The translations under genes and the position numbers were made by a program. From positions 1 through 35,742 of the forward strand of contig JAAYUH010000137.1 in assembly GCA_012517755.1 (NCBI GenBank): a stretch of 35,742 nucleotides of DNA, given 5' to 3'. Below are positions 1-10,011 of the stretch, in pieces (position 1 is the stretch's first letter; each line of letters opens with the position of its first letter). The notes below the pieces were generated by a model, which saw only the letters and a list, made by a program, of their open reading frames with translations, had not been told where the DNA came from and did not search any database. This DNA is from a bacterium (GTDB lineage: Bacteria; Caldisericota; Caldisericia; B22-G15).

Positions 1-130
1 GCCTGGTGATAATGTAATAATAACAGTTGAACTTATCTACCCTGTAGCCCTTGAAGAAGGTCAAAGATTCGCAATAAGAGAGGGTGGAAGAACTGTTGGA
101 GCAGGTGTTGTATCAAAACTCATTGAGTAG
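1..130 (+). CDS. tuf: Elongation factor Tu, C-terminal fragment (5' end outside window)
   Basis: Reading from nt 2: [42 protein letters not shown], stop TAG 128-130. This is the canonical EF-Tu domain III end ([10 protein letters not shown]), in the canonical position just upstream of rpsJ. Confidence 0.9.
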   Translation, partial: PGDNVIITVELIYPVALEEGQRFAIREGGRTVGAGVVSKLIE

Positions 131-137
131 GTGAAAT

Positions 138-452
138 ATGAAAGATATAAAAAGTAAAGTAAGAATTAAATTGAAATCTTTTGATTCAAGAATTCTTGAT
201 AAATCAGCAATTATGATTGTAAATACATTAAAAAAGTTAGATGTTGAAGTATCTGGTCCAATTCCTTTACCTTCAGAAAGAACACTATATACTTTTCTAA
301 GAGCACCAAATATTGATAAAGATTCAAGAGAACAGCTTGAGTTAATAATTCATAAAAGATTAATAGATATTTTAAATCCAACACCAGAATCCACAAAAGC
401 ATTAATGGATTTGGACCTACCTGCTGGAGTTGATATTGAAATTAAGTTATAA
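138..452 (+). CDS. rpsJ: 30S ribosomal protein S10
   Basis: 104 aa ORF; motifs KLKSFD, SGPIPLP, DSREQLE..HKRLIDI; first gene of the S10 cluster. Confidence 0.95.
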   Translation: MKDIKSKVRIKLKSFDSRILDKSAIMIVNTLKKLDVEVSGPIPLPSERTLYTFLRAPNIDKDSREQLELIIHKRLIDILNPTPESTKALMDLDLPAGVDIEIKL

Positions 453-462
453 GGAGCAAGAT

Positions 463-1068
463 ATGAAAGGTATTATAGCTAAAAAAATAGGAATGACTCA
501 ATTGTTTAGTGAGGATGGTAAAATTTTGCCAATAACACTACTTAAAGCAGGTCCTTGTAAAGTTGTTCAGAAAAAAACTTTAGAGAAAGACGGGTATAAT
601 GCAGTCCAAATTGGATTCGAGGAAATAAAAGAAAAGAAGGTTAATAAACCTTTAAAAGGTCATATGAAGAAGAGTAATGAATATTTTAGATATTTAAAAG
701 AGATCAGAGATTTTGAAAAAGATGAAGGAGAAATTATTGATGTTGATATATTCAAAAATGGAGAAAAAGTAAAAGTGACAGGTTTATCGAAGGGCAAAGG
801 TTTTCAAGGAGTTATGAGAAGATGGGGTATGGCTGGCGGTTTTGATTCTCATGGTTCAACTTCACATAGAAGAGTTGGTGCAATTGGTAATAGGTTGACC
901 CCACAAAAAGTTTTTAAAGGAAAAAAAATGCCAGGACATATGGGTTTTGACAATGTAACAGTTAGAAATCTTGAAGTTGTTTTCATAGATAAAGATAATA
1001 ATTTAATAGGCCTAAAAGGTGCTGTTCCTGGACCAAATGGTGGAATTTTAATAATAAGAGGTGAATAA
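463..1068 (+). CDS. rplC: 50S ribosomal protein L3
   Basis: The ORF track starts at 430, but ATG 463 follows AAGGAG (451-456) and gives the canonical N-terminus MKGIIAKKIGMTQLF. Motifs GKGFQGVMRRWG and FKGKKMPGHMG. Confidence 0.93.
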   Translation: MKGIIAKKIGMTQLFSEDGKILPITLLKAGPCKVVQKKTLEKDGYNAVQIGFEEIKEKKVNKPLKGHMKKSNEYFRYLKEIRDFEKDEGEIIDVDIFKNGEKVKVTGLSKGKGFQGVMRRWGMAGGFDSHGSTSHRRVGAIGNRLTPQKVFKGKKMPGHMGFDNVTVRNLEVVFIDKDNNLIGLKGAVPGPNGGILIIRGE

Positions 1069-1691
1069 TGTCAATACCTGTTTATGATAAAGAAGGAAAA
1101 ATAGTTGAAAGTGAGGAATTTCCAGAAGAATTTAATATTCCTCCTCATTATAATTCTATTTTTGATCATATAAGATATGTTAGAAACTCTTTAAGAAGAG
1201 GAACAGCTTCAACAAAAAGAAGAGGAGAAGTTAGTGGTGGAGGAAGAAAACCATGGCGTCAAAAAGGAACTGGAAGAGCAAGACAAGGTTCAATTCGTTC
1301 TCCAATATGGAAAGGTGGAGGTATTGTTTTTGGACCTGAACCAAGAAATTTTAAAACTTCAATTCCTGATAATGTAAAAAAACTTTCAATAAAATCATCC
1401 ATTAGTCAAAAATTGATAGATGAGAAACTTATAATAGTTAAGGATGTCGTTTTTGAAAAACCAAGTACAAAAAATGCTTTAGAATTTCTAAGAAAATTAA
1501 ATATAAATTCACCTACTCTTGTTGTTTATAGTGATGAAAATGGAGAAGTTAAAAAAAGTTTTAGAAACATAGTTAAAGTTACTCCTTTATTTTATCAATT
1601 CATTAACAGTTATGAAATTTTAAAACATGATTATTTGTTAATGACAAAAGAGGCATATTTAAAGATAAAAGAGGTATGGGGAAATGATTGA
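1068..1691 (+). CDS. rplD: 50S ribosomal protein L4
   Basis: 207 aa; SGGGRKPWRQKGTGRARQGSIRSPIWKGGGIVFGP is the L4 signature; 1-nt overlap with the rplC stop. Confidence 0.95.
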   Translation: MSIPVYDKEGKIVESEEFPEEFNIPPHYNSIFDHIRYVRNSLRRGTASTKRRGEVSGGGRKPWRQKGTGRARQGSIRSPIWKGGGIVFGPEPRNFKTSIPDNVKKLSIKSSISQKLIDEKLIIVKDVVFEKPSTKNALEFLRKLNINSPTLVVYSDENGEVKKSFRNIVKVTPLFYQFINSYEILKHDYLLMTKEAYLKIKEVWGND

Positions 1692-1965
1692 GAAAGCTTT
1701 GATAAAACCAATTGTTACTGAAAAAAGTCAGAAACTTATAAATGAGAGAAAATATGTTTTTCTTGTTTATAAAAGTGCTAATAAAGAAATTATAAAAAGG
1801 GCTGTTGAAGATATGTTTAATGTTAAAGTTGAGAATGTGAATATTGTTAAAAAATACCCGAAAAAGAGAAGAACAAGATATCAATTTTCTAAAACACCAG
1901 AAAGAAAAAAAGCTGTAGTTAAATTAAAAGAAGGTTATACAATCGATATATTGAAAGGAGTATAA
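1684..1965 (+). CDS. rplW: 50S ribosomal protein L23
   Basis: 93 aa; [10 protein letters not shown]-terminus and [11 protein letters not shown]-terminus; correct position in the cluster. Confidence 0.93.
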   Translation: MIEKALIKPIVTEKSQKLINERKYVFLVYKSANKEIIKRAVEDMFNVKVENVNIVKKYPKKRRTRYQFSKTPERKKAVVKLKEGYTIDILKGV

Positions 1966-1966
1966 A

Positions 1967-2794
1967 ATGGGAATAAAAAAAGTTAAACCTACAAGCCCAG
2001 GAAAGAGAAATTTAACCTATCTTGAAAAAAATGAAATAACCAAAAATGAACCTGAAAAAAGTCTTGTTGTCGGTTTAAAAAAGAAAGGTGGAAGAAATAA
2101 TCAGGGAAAAATAACTTTAAGATTCAGAGGTGGTGGGGCAAAAAGATTATTAAGAGTTATAGATTTTAAGAGAGATAAAGATGGAATTCCTGGTAAAGTT
2201 TCATCAGTCGAATATGATCCTAATAGATCGGCAAGAATAGCATTGATTAAATATATTGATGGAGAAAAAAGATATATCATTGCTCCAATTGGGCTTAATG
2301 TTGGAGATACTATTTTATCTGGAGAAGATGTACCATTGAAGCCAGGTAACACTACTCATATAAAAAATATTCCAATAGGAACTATTATTTACAATATCGA
2401 ATTAAAACCAGGAAAAGGTGGACAAATTGCTCGTTCTGCTGGTTCTCAGGCTCAAATTTTAAGTAAAGATGATAAATACGCGCAGATAAAAATGCCTTCT
2501 GGAGAGATAAGATTAATAAATGTAAAATGCAGAGCAACTATAGGACAGGTTGGAAACTTAGATCATATAAATTTACAGTTAGGTAAAGCAGGAAGAACAA
2601 GAAATCTTGGAAGAAAACCTCATGTTAGAGGTGCTGCTATGAATCCTGTTGATCATCCACATGGTGGAGGTGAAGGGAAAGCACCAATTGGACATCCATC
2701 ACCATTGTCTCCATGGGGTAAGCCTACACTTGGTAAAAAAACAAGAAAAAAGAAAAAGCCAAGCAATATTTATATTGTTAAAAGGAGGGGATAA
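1967..2794 (+). CDS. rplB: 50S ribosomal protein L2
   Basis: 275 aa; [42 protein letters not shown]. Confidence 0.96.
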   Translation: MGIKKVKPTSPGKRNLTYLEKNEITKNEPEKSLVVGLKKKGGRNNQGKITLRFRGGGAKRLLRVIDFKRDKDGIPGKVSSVEYDPNRSARIALIKYIDGEKRYIIAPIGLNVGDTILSGEDVPLKPGNTTHIKNIPIGTIIYNIELKPGKGGQIARSAGSQAQILSKDDKYAQIKMPSGEIRLINVKCRATIGQVGNLDHINLQLGKAGRTRNLGRKPHVRGAAMNPVDHPHGGGEGKAPIGHPSPLSPWGKPTLGKKTRKKKKPSNIYIVKRRG

Positions 2795-3067
2795 ATGAGT
2801 AAAGAAAAATTTGTAGACCCTAAATTACTTAATAAAATTAGAGAAATGAATGAGAAAGGTACAAAAAAGATAATAAAGGTCTGGTCAAGGGATTCAACAA
2901 TTACTGAAGAAATGATAGGACATACAATTGCTGTGCATAATGGCAAAACTCATATACCAGTTTATATAACAAAAGCAATGATCAATCATAAATTGGGTGA
3001 ATTTGCTTTTACAAGAACCTTTAGATCTCATAATAGACCTACTGAAAGATCCACATCATTGAAATAA
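2795..3067 (+). CDS. rpsS: 30S ribosomal protein S19
   Basis: 90 aa; [33 protein letters not shown]. Confidence 0.95.
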   Translation: MSKEKFVDPKLLNKIREMNEKGTKKIIKVWSRDSTITEEMIGHTIAVHNGKTHIPVYITKAMINHKLGEFAFTRTFRSHNRPTERSTSLK

Positions 3068-3082
3068 AATTAGGAGGAGAAA

Positions 3083-3427
3083 ATGGAAGTTAAAGCAGTA
3101 AGTAGATTTGTAAGAATATCTCCAAAAAAAGCAAGAAAGGTAGCAAATATGGTTCGCGGAATGAATGCAAAAAAAGCTTTAAGTACTTTAAAATTTGTAC
3201 CTTTAAGAACAGCAGTACCTATTTCAAAAACTATAAAATCAGCAGTTGCAAATGCCAAAAATAATTATCAGATGAACGAAGAGAATCTATATATTAAAAA
3301 GATTTTTGTTGATCAAGGACCAGTATTGAAAAGAGTCCAAGCAAAAGGTATGGGAAAAGCAGATATAATTAGAAGACCATTATCTCATATAACTGTCTAT
3401 GTTGAAGAGAAGAAGGAGGAGGAATAA
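3083..3427 (+). CDS. rplV: 50S ribosomal protein L22
   Basis: 114 aa; RISPKKARKVANMVRG, FVDQGPVLKR; AGGAGG RBS upstream. Confidence 0.94.
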   Translation: MEVKAVSRFVRISPKKARKVANMVRGMNAKKALSTLKFVPLRTAVPISKTIKSAVANAKNNYQMNEENLYIKKIFVDQGPVLKRVQAKGMGKADIIRRPLSHITVYVEEKKEEE

Positions 3428-4089
3428 TGGGACAGAAAACAAATCCATTTGGATTTAGGCTTGGTGTAACAAAAGATTGGAAAGCTTTTTGGTATGCTCC
3501 AAAAAAAGAGATTCCTAATATACTTTTTGAAGATTTACAGATAAGAAATAAAATAGATAGTCTTGGAAGGGATGTAGCAATATCTTCTGTTGAAATATTT
3601 AGAAAAGGAGAACAAATAAGAGTTTTAATTTTCAGCGCAAGACCAGGTGTTTTAATAGGAAAAGGTGGAGCAAACATTGAAACATTAAGAAATGAATTAC
3701 AGGATATTGTTGGAAATAAAAAACTTGACATTAAAGTTGTTGAAGTAAAAAAACCAGAAATCTCAGCAAAACTTCAAGCAGAATTTGTAGCAGATAGAAT
3801 AGAAAAAAGAGCGTCTTATAAAAGAGCGATGAAACAAACTATTGCAAGAGCAATAAAAGGTGGAGCAAAAGGAATAAAGGTACAATGTTCTGGAAGACTT
3901 GATGGTGCAGAAATAGCAAGAACAGAATGGTTTAAAGAAGGTAGAGTCCCACTTCAAACCTTAACAGCTGATATAGATTATTCATATATACCAGCTCTTA
4001 CTAAATTTGGAATTATCGGAGTTAGAGTATGGATTTATAGAGGTGAACTGCCTATAAGAAGATTTAATATTGAAGATGTGGAGGCGTAA
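3427..4089 (+). CDS. rpsC: 30S ribosomal protein S3
   Basis: 220 aa; [15 protein letters not shown]-domain [25 protein letters not shown]. Confidence 0.96.
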   Translation: MGQKTNPFGFRLGVTKDWKAFWYAPKKEIPNILFEDLQIRNKIDSLGRDVAISSVEIFRKGEQIRVLIFSARPGVLIGKGGANIETLRNELQDIVGNKKLDIKVVEVKKPEISAKLQAEFVADRIEKRASYKRAMKQTIARAIKGGAKGIKVQCSGRLDGAEIARTEWFKEGRVPLQTLTADIDYSYIPALTKFGIIGVRVWIYRGELPIRRFNIEDVEA

Positions 4090-4091
4090 TT

Positions 4092-4502
4092 ATGTTAATG
4101 CCAGAAAGAGTTAAATGGAGAAAACAACATAGAATAAGAACAAAAGGAATAGCCACAAGAGGAAACAAGTTGTCCTTTGGAGATTTTGGTTTAAAAGCTA
4201 TTGAGCCCGGTTGGATAACTTCTCGCCAAATTGAAGCAGCAAGATTGCCATTAACACAAGTTTCACATAAAAGTGGAAAAATGTGGATAAGAATATTCCC
4301 AGATAGACCAGTGACCAAGAAACCAGCTGAGACAAGAATGGGTGGTGGAAAAGGTGATCCAGAATTTTGGACAGCCATTGTTAAACCAGGAAGAATTCTT
4401 TTTGAACTTGAAGGTATTCCTGAGAAAGAGGCAATTAGGGCTTTACAACTTGCTCAAGATAAACTTCCTATTAAAACGAAAATAGTTAAAAGAGAGGTTT
4501 AG
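4092..4502 (+). CDS. rplP: 50S ribosomal protein L16
   Basis: 136 aa; [28 protein letters not shown]. Confidence 0.95.
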   Translation: MLMPERVKWRKQHRIRTKGIATRGNKLSFGDFGLKAIEPGWITSRQIEAARLPLTQVSHKSGKMWIRIFPDRPVTKKPAETRMGGGKGDPEFWTAIVKPGRILFELEGIPEKEAIRALQLAQDKLPIKTKIVKREV

Positions 4503-4503
4503 T

Positions 4504-4695
4504 ATGAAAACAAAAGATTTAAGAGAGTTAACAACCAATGAATTGGACAATAAACTTGATGAATTAAGAAGAGAACTTTTTAATTTAAAATTTCAACAAA
4601 CAACACATCAATTAAAAAATCCATCAAGAATTAAAATTGTAAGAAGAGAAATAGCAAGAATCTTAACCATTCTTAAAGAAAAGGAGACAGTATAA
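4504..4695 (+). CDS. rpmC: 50S ribosomal protein L29
   Basis: 63 aa; [26 protein letters not shown]. Confidence 0.93.
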   Translation: MKTKDLRELTTNELDNKLDELRRELFNLKFQQTTHQLKNPSRIKIVRREIARILTILKEKETV

Positions 4696-4973
4696 TGAAA
4701 AAAGTATTAACAGGAACTGTGGTTTCAAATAAAATGCAAAAAACTGCAGTAGTAAAAATAGAAAAAATTGTAACTCATTCTCTTTATAAAAAACAAATTA
4801 AAAGAAGTACCAAATTCTATGCACATTCAGAATTTCCTTTATCTGTAGGCGATGTTGTTGAAATTGAGGAAATAAGGCCACTTTCAAAATTAAAAAGGTG
4901 GAGAGTTAAAAGAATTGTTAAGAAAATTGAGGATAAAAAATTGGAGGAGGAAAATGATCAGACCTTACAGTAG
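4695..4973 (+). CDS. rpsQ: 30S ribosomal protein S17
   Basis: 92 aa; [46 protein letters not shown]; the acidic C-terminal tail overlaps rplN by 20 nt. Confidence 0.92.
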   Translation: MKKVLTGTVVSNKMQKTAVVKIEKIVTHSLYKKQIKRSTKFYAHSEFPLSVGDVVEIEEIRPLSKLKRWRVKRIVKKIEDKKLEEENDQTLQ

Positions 4974-5322
4974 ATTAAAAGTTGCTGATAATACTGGTGC
5001 AAAAGAAGTTCTTTGTGTTAGAATACTTGGAAGTTCAAATAAAAAATATGGTAGAGTTGGAGATATAATTATTTTCACTGTAAAAGATGCAATACCTAAA
5101 AGCGCAATTCCAAAAGGTTCAGTTGGCAAAGGTGTTATTGTAAGAACGAAAAATAAAATAAGAAGACCAGATGGTTCTTATTTAAGATTTGACGATAATG
5201 CAGTTGTAATAATTGATGAGGAAGGAAACCCCAAAGGAACAAGAATTTTTGGACCAGTTTGTAGAGAATTAAGAGAAAAAGGATATTTAAGAATAATTTC
5301 GCTTGCTGCTGAGGTGGTATGA
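4954..5322 (+). CDS. rplN: 50S ribosomal protein L14
   Basis: The ORF track starts at 4915. ATG 4954 follows GGAGGAGG and gives the canonical [19 protein letters not shown]-terminus. Confidence 0.94.
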   Translation: MIRPYSRLKVADNTGAKEVLCVRILGSSNKKYGRVGDIIIFTVKDAIPKSAIPKGSVGKGVIVRTKNKIRRPDGSYLRFDDNAVVIIDEEGNPKGTRIFGPVCRELREKGYLRIISLAAEVV

Positions 5323-5323
5323 A

Positions 5324-5647
5324 ATGAAAATAAGAATTAAAAAAGGAGACACAGTTAAAATAATGACAGGAAAAGATAAAGGAAAGACTGGTAAAGTTTT
5401 AAAAGTTTTTCCAAAAGAAAAAAAAATCATAGTTGAAGGTGTTAATGTGGTAAAAAAATATATTAGACCATCTCAGTCTCATCCAGAAGGTGGTAAAGAG
5501 GAAATAGAGGAACCTATATATTACTGGAAAGCTCAACTTGTGTGTAGTCATTGTAAAAATCCGACAAGAATAGGCATACTCTACCTTGAAAGTGGTGAAA
5601 AGGTAAGAGTATGTAAAAAATGTGGTGAGATTATTGACAAGATATAG
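5324..5647 (+). CDS. rplX: 50S ribosomal protein L24 (Cys4 zinc-ribbon C-terminal variant)
   Basis: The ORF track starts at 5303. ATG 5324 gives [25 protein letters not shown] (KOW motif). The C-terminus carries CSHC...CKKC. Confidence 0.93.
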   Translation: MKIRIKKGDTVKIMTGKDKGKTGKVLKVFPKEKKIIVEGVNVVKKYIRPSQSHPEGGKEEIEEPIYYWKAQLVCSHCKNPTRIGILYLESGEKVRVCKKCGEIIDKI

Positions 5648-5655
5648 GAGGAAAT

Positions 5656-6219
5656 ATGAGTTACTTAAAGTCTAAATGGATAGAGATAGCACCAAAATTA
5701 ATGGATAAATTTAATTATAAGAATATAATGGAAGTTCCAAAAATTGAAAAAATAGTAATTAATAGAGGAATTGGAGATGCAACTTCAGATCCAAAAGCAG
5801 TTGAAAAAACAGGCGAGGAATTAAAATTAATTACTGGGCAAAAACCACTATTTATTAAAGCAAAAAAGTCAATTGCTTCTTTTAAAGTCAGAAAAGGAAT
5901 GGTTATTGGTGCGAAAGTAACATTGAGAGGCAAAAGAATGGATGAATTCTTTGAAAAACTTATAAATGTTGCTCTTCCAAGAATCAGAGATTTTAAAGGT
6001 TTGTCGAGAAAAAGTTTTGATGGTAGAGGTAATTACACCTTTGGCATTGAAGAGCAACTGATTTTCCCTGAAATAGAATATGATAAAGTTGATAAGATTA
6101 GAGGTTTTGATGTCTCAATTATAACAACAGCAAAAACAGATGAAGAGGCAGAATCTCTTCTTGAGTTACTTGGATTTCCTTTCGAGAAAAAAGTTGTTAA
6201 AAAAGGTAGTTTGTCCTAA
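5656..6219 (+). CDS. rplE: 50S ribosomal protein L5
   Basis: 187 aa; [52 protein letters not shown]. Confidence 0.95.
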   Translation: MSYLKSKWIEIAPKLMDKFNYKNIMEVPKIEKIVINRGIGDATSDPKAVEKTGEELKLITGQKPLFIKAKKSIASFKVRKGMVIGAKVTLRGKRMDEFFEKLINVALPRIRDFKGLSRKSFDGRGNYTFGIEEQLIFPEIEYDKVDKIRGFDVSIITTAKTDEEAESLLELLGFPFEKKVVKKGSLS

Positions 6220-6230
6220 AGGAGGTTTTT

Positions 6231-6416
6231 ATGGCAAGAAAAGCTATGATAGAAAAAGCAAAAAAAAGACCAAAATATAAAACAAGAAAAGTGACAAGAT
6301 GTAAATCTTGTGGAAGAGTAAGAGCTGTCTACAATGATTTTGGTTTATGTAGAATGTGTTTGAGAAAATATTTTCATTCGGGTTATATACCTGGTATGAA
6401 AAAGGCAAGCTGGTAG
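6231..6416 (+). CDS. rpsN: 30S ribosomal protein S14, short type-Z zinc-binding form
   Basis: 61 aa; CKSCGR...CRMCLR (CxxC-x12-CxxC), C-terminal KASW. Confidence 0.94.
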   Translation: MARKAMIEKAKKRPKYKTRKVTRCKSCGRVRAVYNDFGLCRMCLRKYFHSGYIPGMKKASW

Positions 6417-6428
6417 GAGGTGGTTGTT

Positions 6429-6824
6429 TTGTTAACCGATCCAATTGCTGATTTAATAGCAAGAATTAAAAATGCTAATTTAGTATATAAAGAAGATATT
6501 GAAGTTCCTTTCTCAAATATGAAAAAATCTATAACTCAAATTCTTAAAGAAGAAGGTTATATAAAAGATTTTGAAATTATTGATAAAGATGAGAAAAAAA
6601 CAATAAAAATATATCTGAAATTTGGAAAAAACAAAGAAAGAGCAATTTTAGGGATAGAAAGAGTATCTAAACCAGGAAGAAGAGTTTATGTTGGTAAAGA
6701 TGAGATTCCAAAAGTTCTTAATGGAATAGGAATGGCTATAATCTCGACATCAAAAGGAGTTATCTCAGATAGAAGTGCTAAAAAATTAAATCAGGGTGGA
6801 GAAGTTCTTCTCTTGATTTGGTAG
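6429..6824 (+). CDS. rpsH: 30S ribosomal protein S8
   Basis: The ORF track uses GTG 6420, but that codon overlaps the AGGAGG at 6415-6420. TTG 6429 gives the canonical (M)[15 protein letters not shown] with about 8 nt spacing. Start choice is uncertain; product is clear. Confidence 0.9.
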   Translation: MLTDPIADLIARIKNANLVYKEDIEVPFSNMKKSITQILKEEGYIKDFEIIDKDEKKTIKIYLKFGKNKERAILGIERVSKPGRRVYVGKDEIPKVLNGIGMAIISTSKGVISDRSAKKLNQGGEVLLLIW

Positions 6825-6833
6825 GAGGTAAAA

Positions 6834-7382
6834 ATGTCAAAGATAGGTAGAAAACCTATAGAAATTCCGAAAGATATATCCGTTGAATTAAAGGAAAACT
6901 TCATAATTATTAAAGGAAAAAAAATCGAATTTAAAAAGGAAATACCTGATTCAATAACAGTGAAAGTTGTAGATTCTCAGATAGTTGTTGAAAGAAAAAA
7001 TGATTTAAAAGAGACAAAAGCTTTACATGGAACTTATAGAGCTTTAATCAATAATATGATTACTGGATTAACAAAAGGTTTTGAGAAGGTCTTGCTATTA
7101 CATGGTGTAGGCTATAAGGCAAATTTGCAGGGTAAGAAATTAGTAATATATTTAGGATATACACATCCTACAGAAATCGAACCCCCTCCTGGAATTGAGT
7201 TTGTTGTTGAGAAAGATATTAGAATTACCGTTAAGGGTTATGATAAAGAACTTGTTGGTAAAACTGCAGCATATATAAGAAGATTAAGAGATCCAGATCC
7301 TTATAAGGCAAAAGGGGTAAGATATGAGGATGAAGTTATTAGAAGAAAAGCTGGTAAAGCTTTAACAAAAGGTACTCAGTAG
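6834..7382 (+). CDS. rplF: 50S ribosomal protein L6
   Basis: 182 aa; MSKIGRKPIEIP, GVGYKA, DPYKAKGVRYEDE. Confidence 0.95.
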   Translation: MSKIGRKPIEIPKDISVELKENFIIIKGKKIEFKKEIPDSITVKVVDSQIVVERKNDLKETKALHGTYRALINNMITGLTKGFEKVLLLHGVGYKANLQGKKLVIYLGYTHPTEIEPPPGIEFVVEKDIRITVKGYDKELVGKTAAYIRRLRDPDPYKAKGVRYEDEVIRRKAGKALTKGTQ

Positions 7383-7399
7383 TCTAAGGAGGATTGTTG

Positions 7400-7768
7400 A
7401 TGATTAAAGATATAAAAAGAAAAGAAAAAAGGAAAATTAGACATTCAAGAATAAGAGAAAAAATTAAAGGTAATACTGAAAAACCAAGAGTTTCTTATTA
7501 TAGAAGTTTAAAGCATATTTACATTCAAGCCATTGATGATACTAAAGGCGAAACACTTTTATCTTTATCAACATTATCAAAGGATATTAAAAATTTAATA
7601 GAAGGTAAATCACAAAAGGAGATACACTCAATACTTGGTCAAAAATTTGCTGAGCTTCTATTAGACAAAGGGATAAAAAAGATAGTTTTCGATAGAGGTG
7701 GATATCTCTATCATGGAAATTTAAAACTACTGTGTGAAGAGATGAGAAAAATGGGTATAGAATTTTAG
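7400..7768 (+). CDS. rplR: 50S ribosomal protein L18
   Basis: ATG 7400 lies 7 nt after AAGGAGG (the track starts at TTG 7394). Motifs RHSRIREKIKG, HIYIQAIDD, VFDRGGYLYHG. Confidence 0.93.
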   Translation: MIKDIKRKEKRKIRHSRIREKIKGNTEKPRVSYYRSLKHIYIQAIDDTKGETLLSLSTLSKDIKNLIEGKSQKEIHSILGQKFAELLLDKGIKKIVFDRGGYLYHGNLKLLCEEMRKMGIEF

Positions 7769-7777
7769 GAGGAAGAG

Positions 7778-8275
7778 ATGATAGATAACGAAGAACTTGA
7801 AATAACAATGGAAGAACAATTAGTACAGGTAAGAAGAGTGGCAAAAGTAACAAAAGGTGGAAAGAGACTAAAATTTCGTGCGCTTGTTGTTGTAGGTAAT
7901 GGAAATGGAAAGGTTGGCATCGGTCTTGGGAAAGCAAGTGAAATACCAGATGCAATAAAAAAAGCTTCAAGTCGAGCAAGAAAAGATTGGATTATGATAC
8001 CTATTAAAGGTACAACAATACCTCATGAGACCTGGGGTAAATGGGGAGCAGCAAAAGTTTTTTTAAAACCAGCTGTTCCTGGTACTGGAATTATTGCTGG
8101 AGGACCTGTAAGAGCCATATTGCAAAAAGCTGGAATAAGAGATGTTCTTTCCAAGGCTTTTGGTTCTTCAAATCAAGTAAATGTTTCCTTTGCTACAATT
8201 GAAGCACTTAAAAACTTGACAACATATAAGGAAAAATCTGAAATTCTTGGAAAAAATAAATCGAAGGAGGAATAG
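7778..8275 (+). CDS. rpsE: 30S ribosomal protein S5
   Basis: 165 aa; VRRVAKVTKGGKRLKFRALVVVGNGNGKVGIGLGKA, PGTGIIAGGPVRA. Confidence 0.95.
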   Translation: MIDNEELEITMEEQLVQVRRVAKVTKGGKRLKFRALVVVGNGNGKVGIGLGKASEIPDAIKKASSRARKDWIMIPIKGTTIPHETWGKWGAAKVFLKPAVPGTGIIAGGPVRAILQKAGIRDVLSKAFGSSNQVNVSFATIEALKNLTTYKEKSEILGKNKSKEE

Positions 8276-8276
8276 A

Positions 8277-8735
8277 ATGTACAAACTTAATAACTTAGTT
8301 AATCCATATCCTAATAAGAAGAGAGTAAGAGTAGGAAGAGGTCCTGGTTCAGGTTCAGGAAAAAATTGTGGTTATGGTAACAAAGGACAGAAATCAAGAA
8401 GTGGCAGAGGAAAAGAAGATTGGTTTGAAGGTGGACAAACTCCAATATATAAAAGATTGCCACACCTTAAAGGTCTAAAAAATAAATCACATAAAAATTT
8501 TAAAGAAATTGCTACTTTTAATTTAAATGACATTGTTAAATATTATAAAGAAGGGGAAGTAGTGAATCTTGAATCTCTTAAAGAAAAGGGTTTGATTAAA
8601 AAAAGAGTAAATTTCATTAAAATACTTGGAGAAGGTGAAATAGATTTTCCACTTACCTTTGAAGCTAATGGGTTTAGTAAAAAAGCTAAAGAAAAAATTG
8701 AGAAAGTTAATGGAAAAGTAACTTTATTGAGGTGA
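8277..8735 (+). CDS. rplO: 50S ribosomal protein L15
   Basis: The track starts at 8247 inside rpsE. ATG 8277 follows AAGGAGG and gives MYKLNNLVNP...RVGRGPGSGSGKNCGYGNKGQKSRSG. Confidence 0.93.
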   Translation: MYKLNNLVNPYPNKKRVRVGRGPGSGSGKNCGYGNKGQKSRSGRGKEDWFEGGQTPIYKRLPHLKGLKNKSHKNFKEIATFNLNDIVKYYKEGEVVNLESLKEKGLIKKRVNFIKILGEGEIDFPLTFEANGFSKKAKEKIEKVNGKVTLLR

Positions 8736-8739
8736 TCAT

Positions 8740-10011
8740 ATGTGGAATCTTATAAAAAATGCACTAAAAATAAAAGAATTAAGAACAAGAATAGTTTTCA
8801 CACTTTTTCTTTTTGCCTTGTTTAGATTGGGTACATTTATCCCAGTTCCTGGTGTTAATAGAGATTTATTAAAAGAAGCTATAGCTCAAGGAGGACTTCT
8901 AAGTTTAATAGATATTTTTGCTGGTGGTGGACTTTCAAACTTTTCAATTTTTGCACTTGGTGTTTTCCCATACATTAACGCATCAATTATAATACAACTC
9001 GCTGGTTCAATTTTCCCGAAACTTGAAGAGTTGATGAAAGAGGGTGGGGAAGAGGGAAGAAGAAAAATTGCTGTATGGACAAAATATCTAACTTTTTTCC
9101 TTGCTCTTATAGAAGCGGGTGCTCTTCTTATAACTTTTACTAATCAGGGATATGTAACAGCAAAAGGTATTTTATCTCAAGCAACAATTATTTTTACTCT
9201 TATAGCGGGAACATATGTTTTATATTGGCTTGGTGAAATAATTACAGAGAAGGGTATTGGTAATGGAGTATCACTTATAATATTTGCTGGTGTTATAAGT
9301 AGAATACCTGTAGGTATAAGTGAGATTGTTAGATTATATGGAAAAACTGGTGGAGTTACTTTAACACAAATTATAATTACTGTTGTGGGATTACTTTTAA
9401 TATTACTTGCTATTTTATATTTGTATCAATCTGAAAGAAGAGTACCTGTTCAATATGCGAAAAGAATAGTTGGAAGAAAAATGTATGGTGGTCAATCAAC
9501 CTTTATTCCTATCAGACTTATTCAATCTGGTATATTACCAATAATATTCGCATCAGCTTTTTTAACTTTTCCAGCTACAATAGGACAATTTTTTCCTGGA
9601 ACTTGGATAGATAATGTAGGTAAAGCATTAACAACCTCAAATTCATTGTGGTATAATTTAATTTTCTTTTTACTTGTAGTTTTCTTTGTATATTTTTATA
9701 CTGAAATATCATTTAATCCAGATGAACTTTCTGAAAATTTGAAAAAATGGGGTGGTTTTATACCAGGAGTAAGACCAGGAGAAGCAACAAAAAATTATAT
9801 AGCAAAAATTATTAATAGAGTTACTTTCCCATCTTCTATTCTTCTTGGTTTAATTGCAATTGTACCTAACTTTTTCTTTGGAGCTACAAAAATCAGTGCT
9901 TTTTATTTTGGCGGAACTTCTATTTTGATCATAATTGGAGTCGCACTTGAAACTGTTCAACAGATAGATGCCTATGTAAAGATGCGTCATTATGAAGGTT
10001 TGTTGAAGTGA
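8740..10011 (+). CDS. secY: Preprotein translocase subunit SecY
   Basis: 423 aa polytopic protein; GLSNFSIFALGVFPYINASIIIQL, GEIITEKGIGNGVSLIIFAG; canonical position after rplO. Confidence 0.96.
   Translation: MWNLIKNALKIKELRTRIVFTLFLFALFRLGTFIPVPGVNRDLLKEAIAQGGLLSLIDIFAGGGLSNFSIFALGVFPYINASIIIQLAGSIFPKLEELMKEGGEEGRRKIAVWTKYLTFFLALIEAGALLITFTNQGYVTAKGILSQATIIFTLIAGTYVLYWLGEIITEKGIGNGVSLIIFAGVISRIPVGISEIVRLYGKTGGVTLTQIIITVVGLLLILLAILYLYQSERRVPVQYAKRIVGRKMYGGQSTFIPIRLIQSGILPIIFASAFLTFPATIGQFFPGTWIDNVGKALTTSNSLWYNLIFFLLVVFFVYFYTEISFNPDELSENLKKWGGFIPGVRPGEATKNYIAKIINRVTFPSSILLGLIAIVPNFFFGATKISAFYFGGTSILIIIGVALETVQQIDAYVKMRHYEGLLK

Noticed and set aside
430-462. Upstream in-frame starts proposed by the ORF track for rplC (430), rplN (4915), rplX (5303), rplO (8247) and udp (30100).
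   Set aside because: In each case a downstream start is preceded by an AGGAGG-type RBS at proper spacing and yields the conserved family N-terminus. The upstream portions lie inside the preceding gene.
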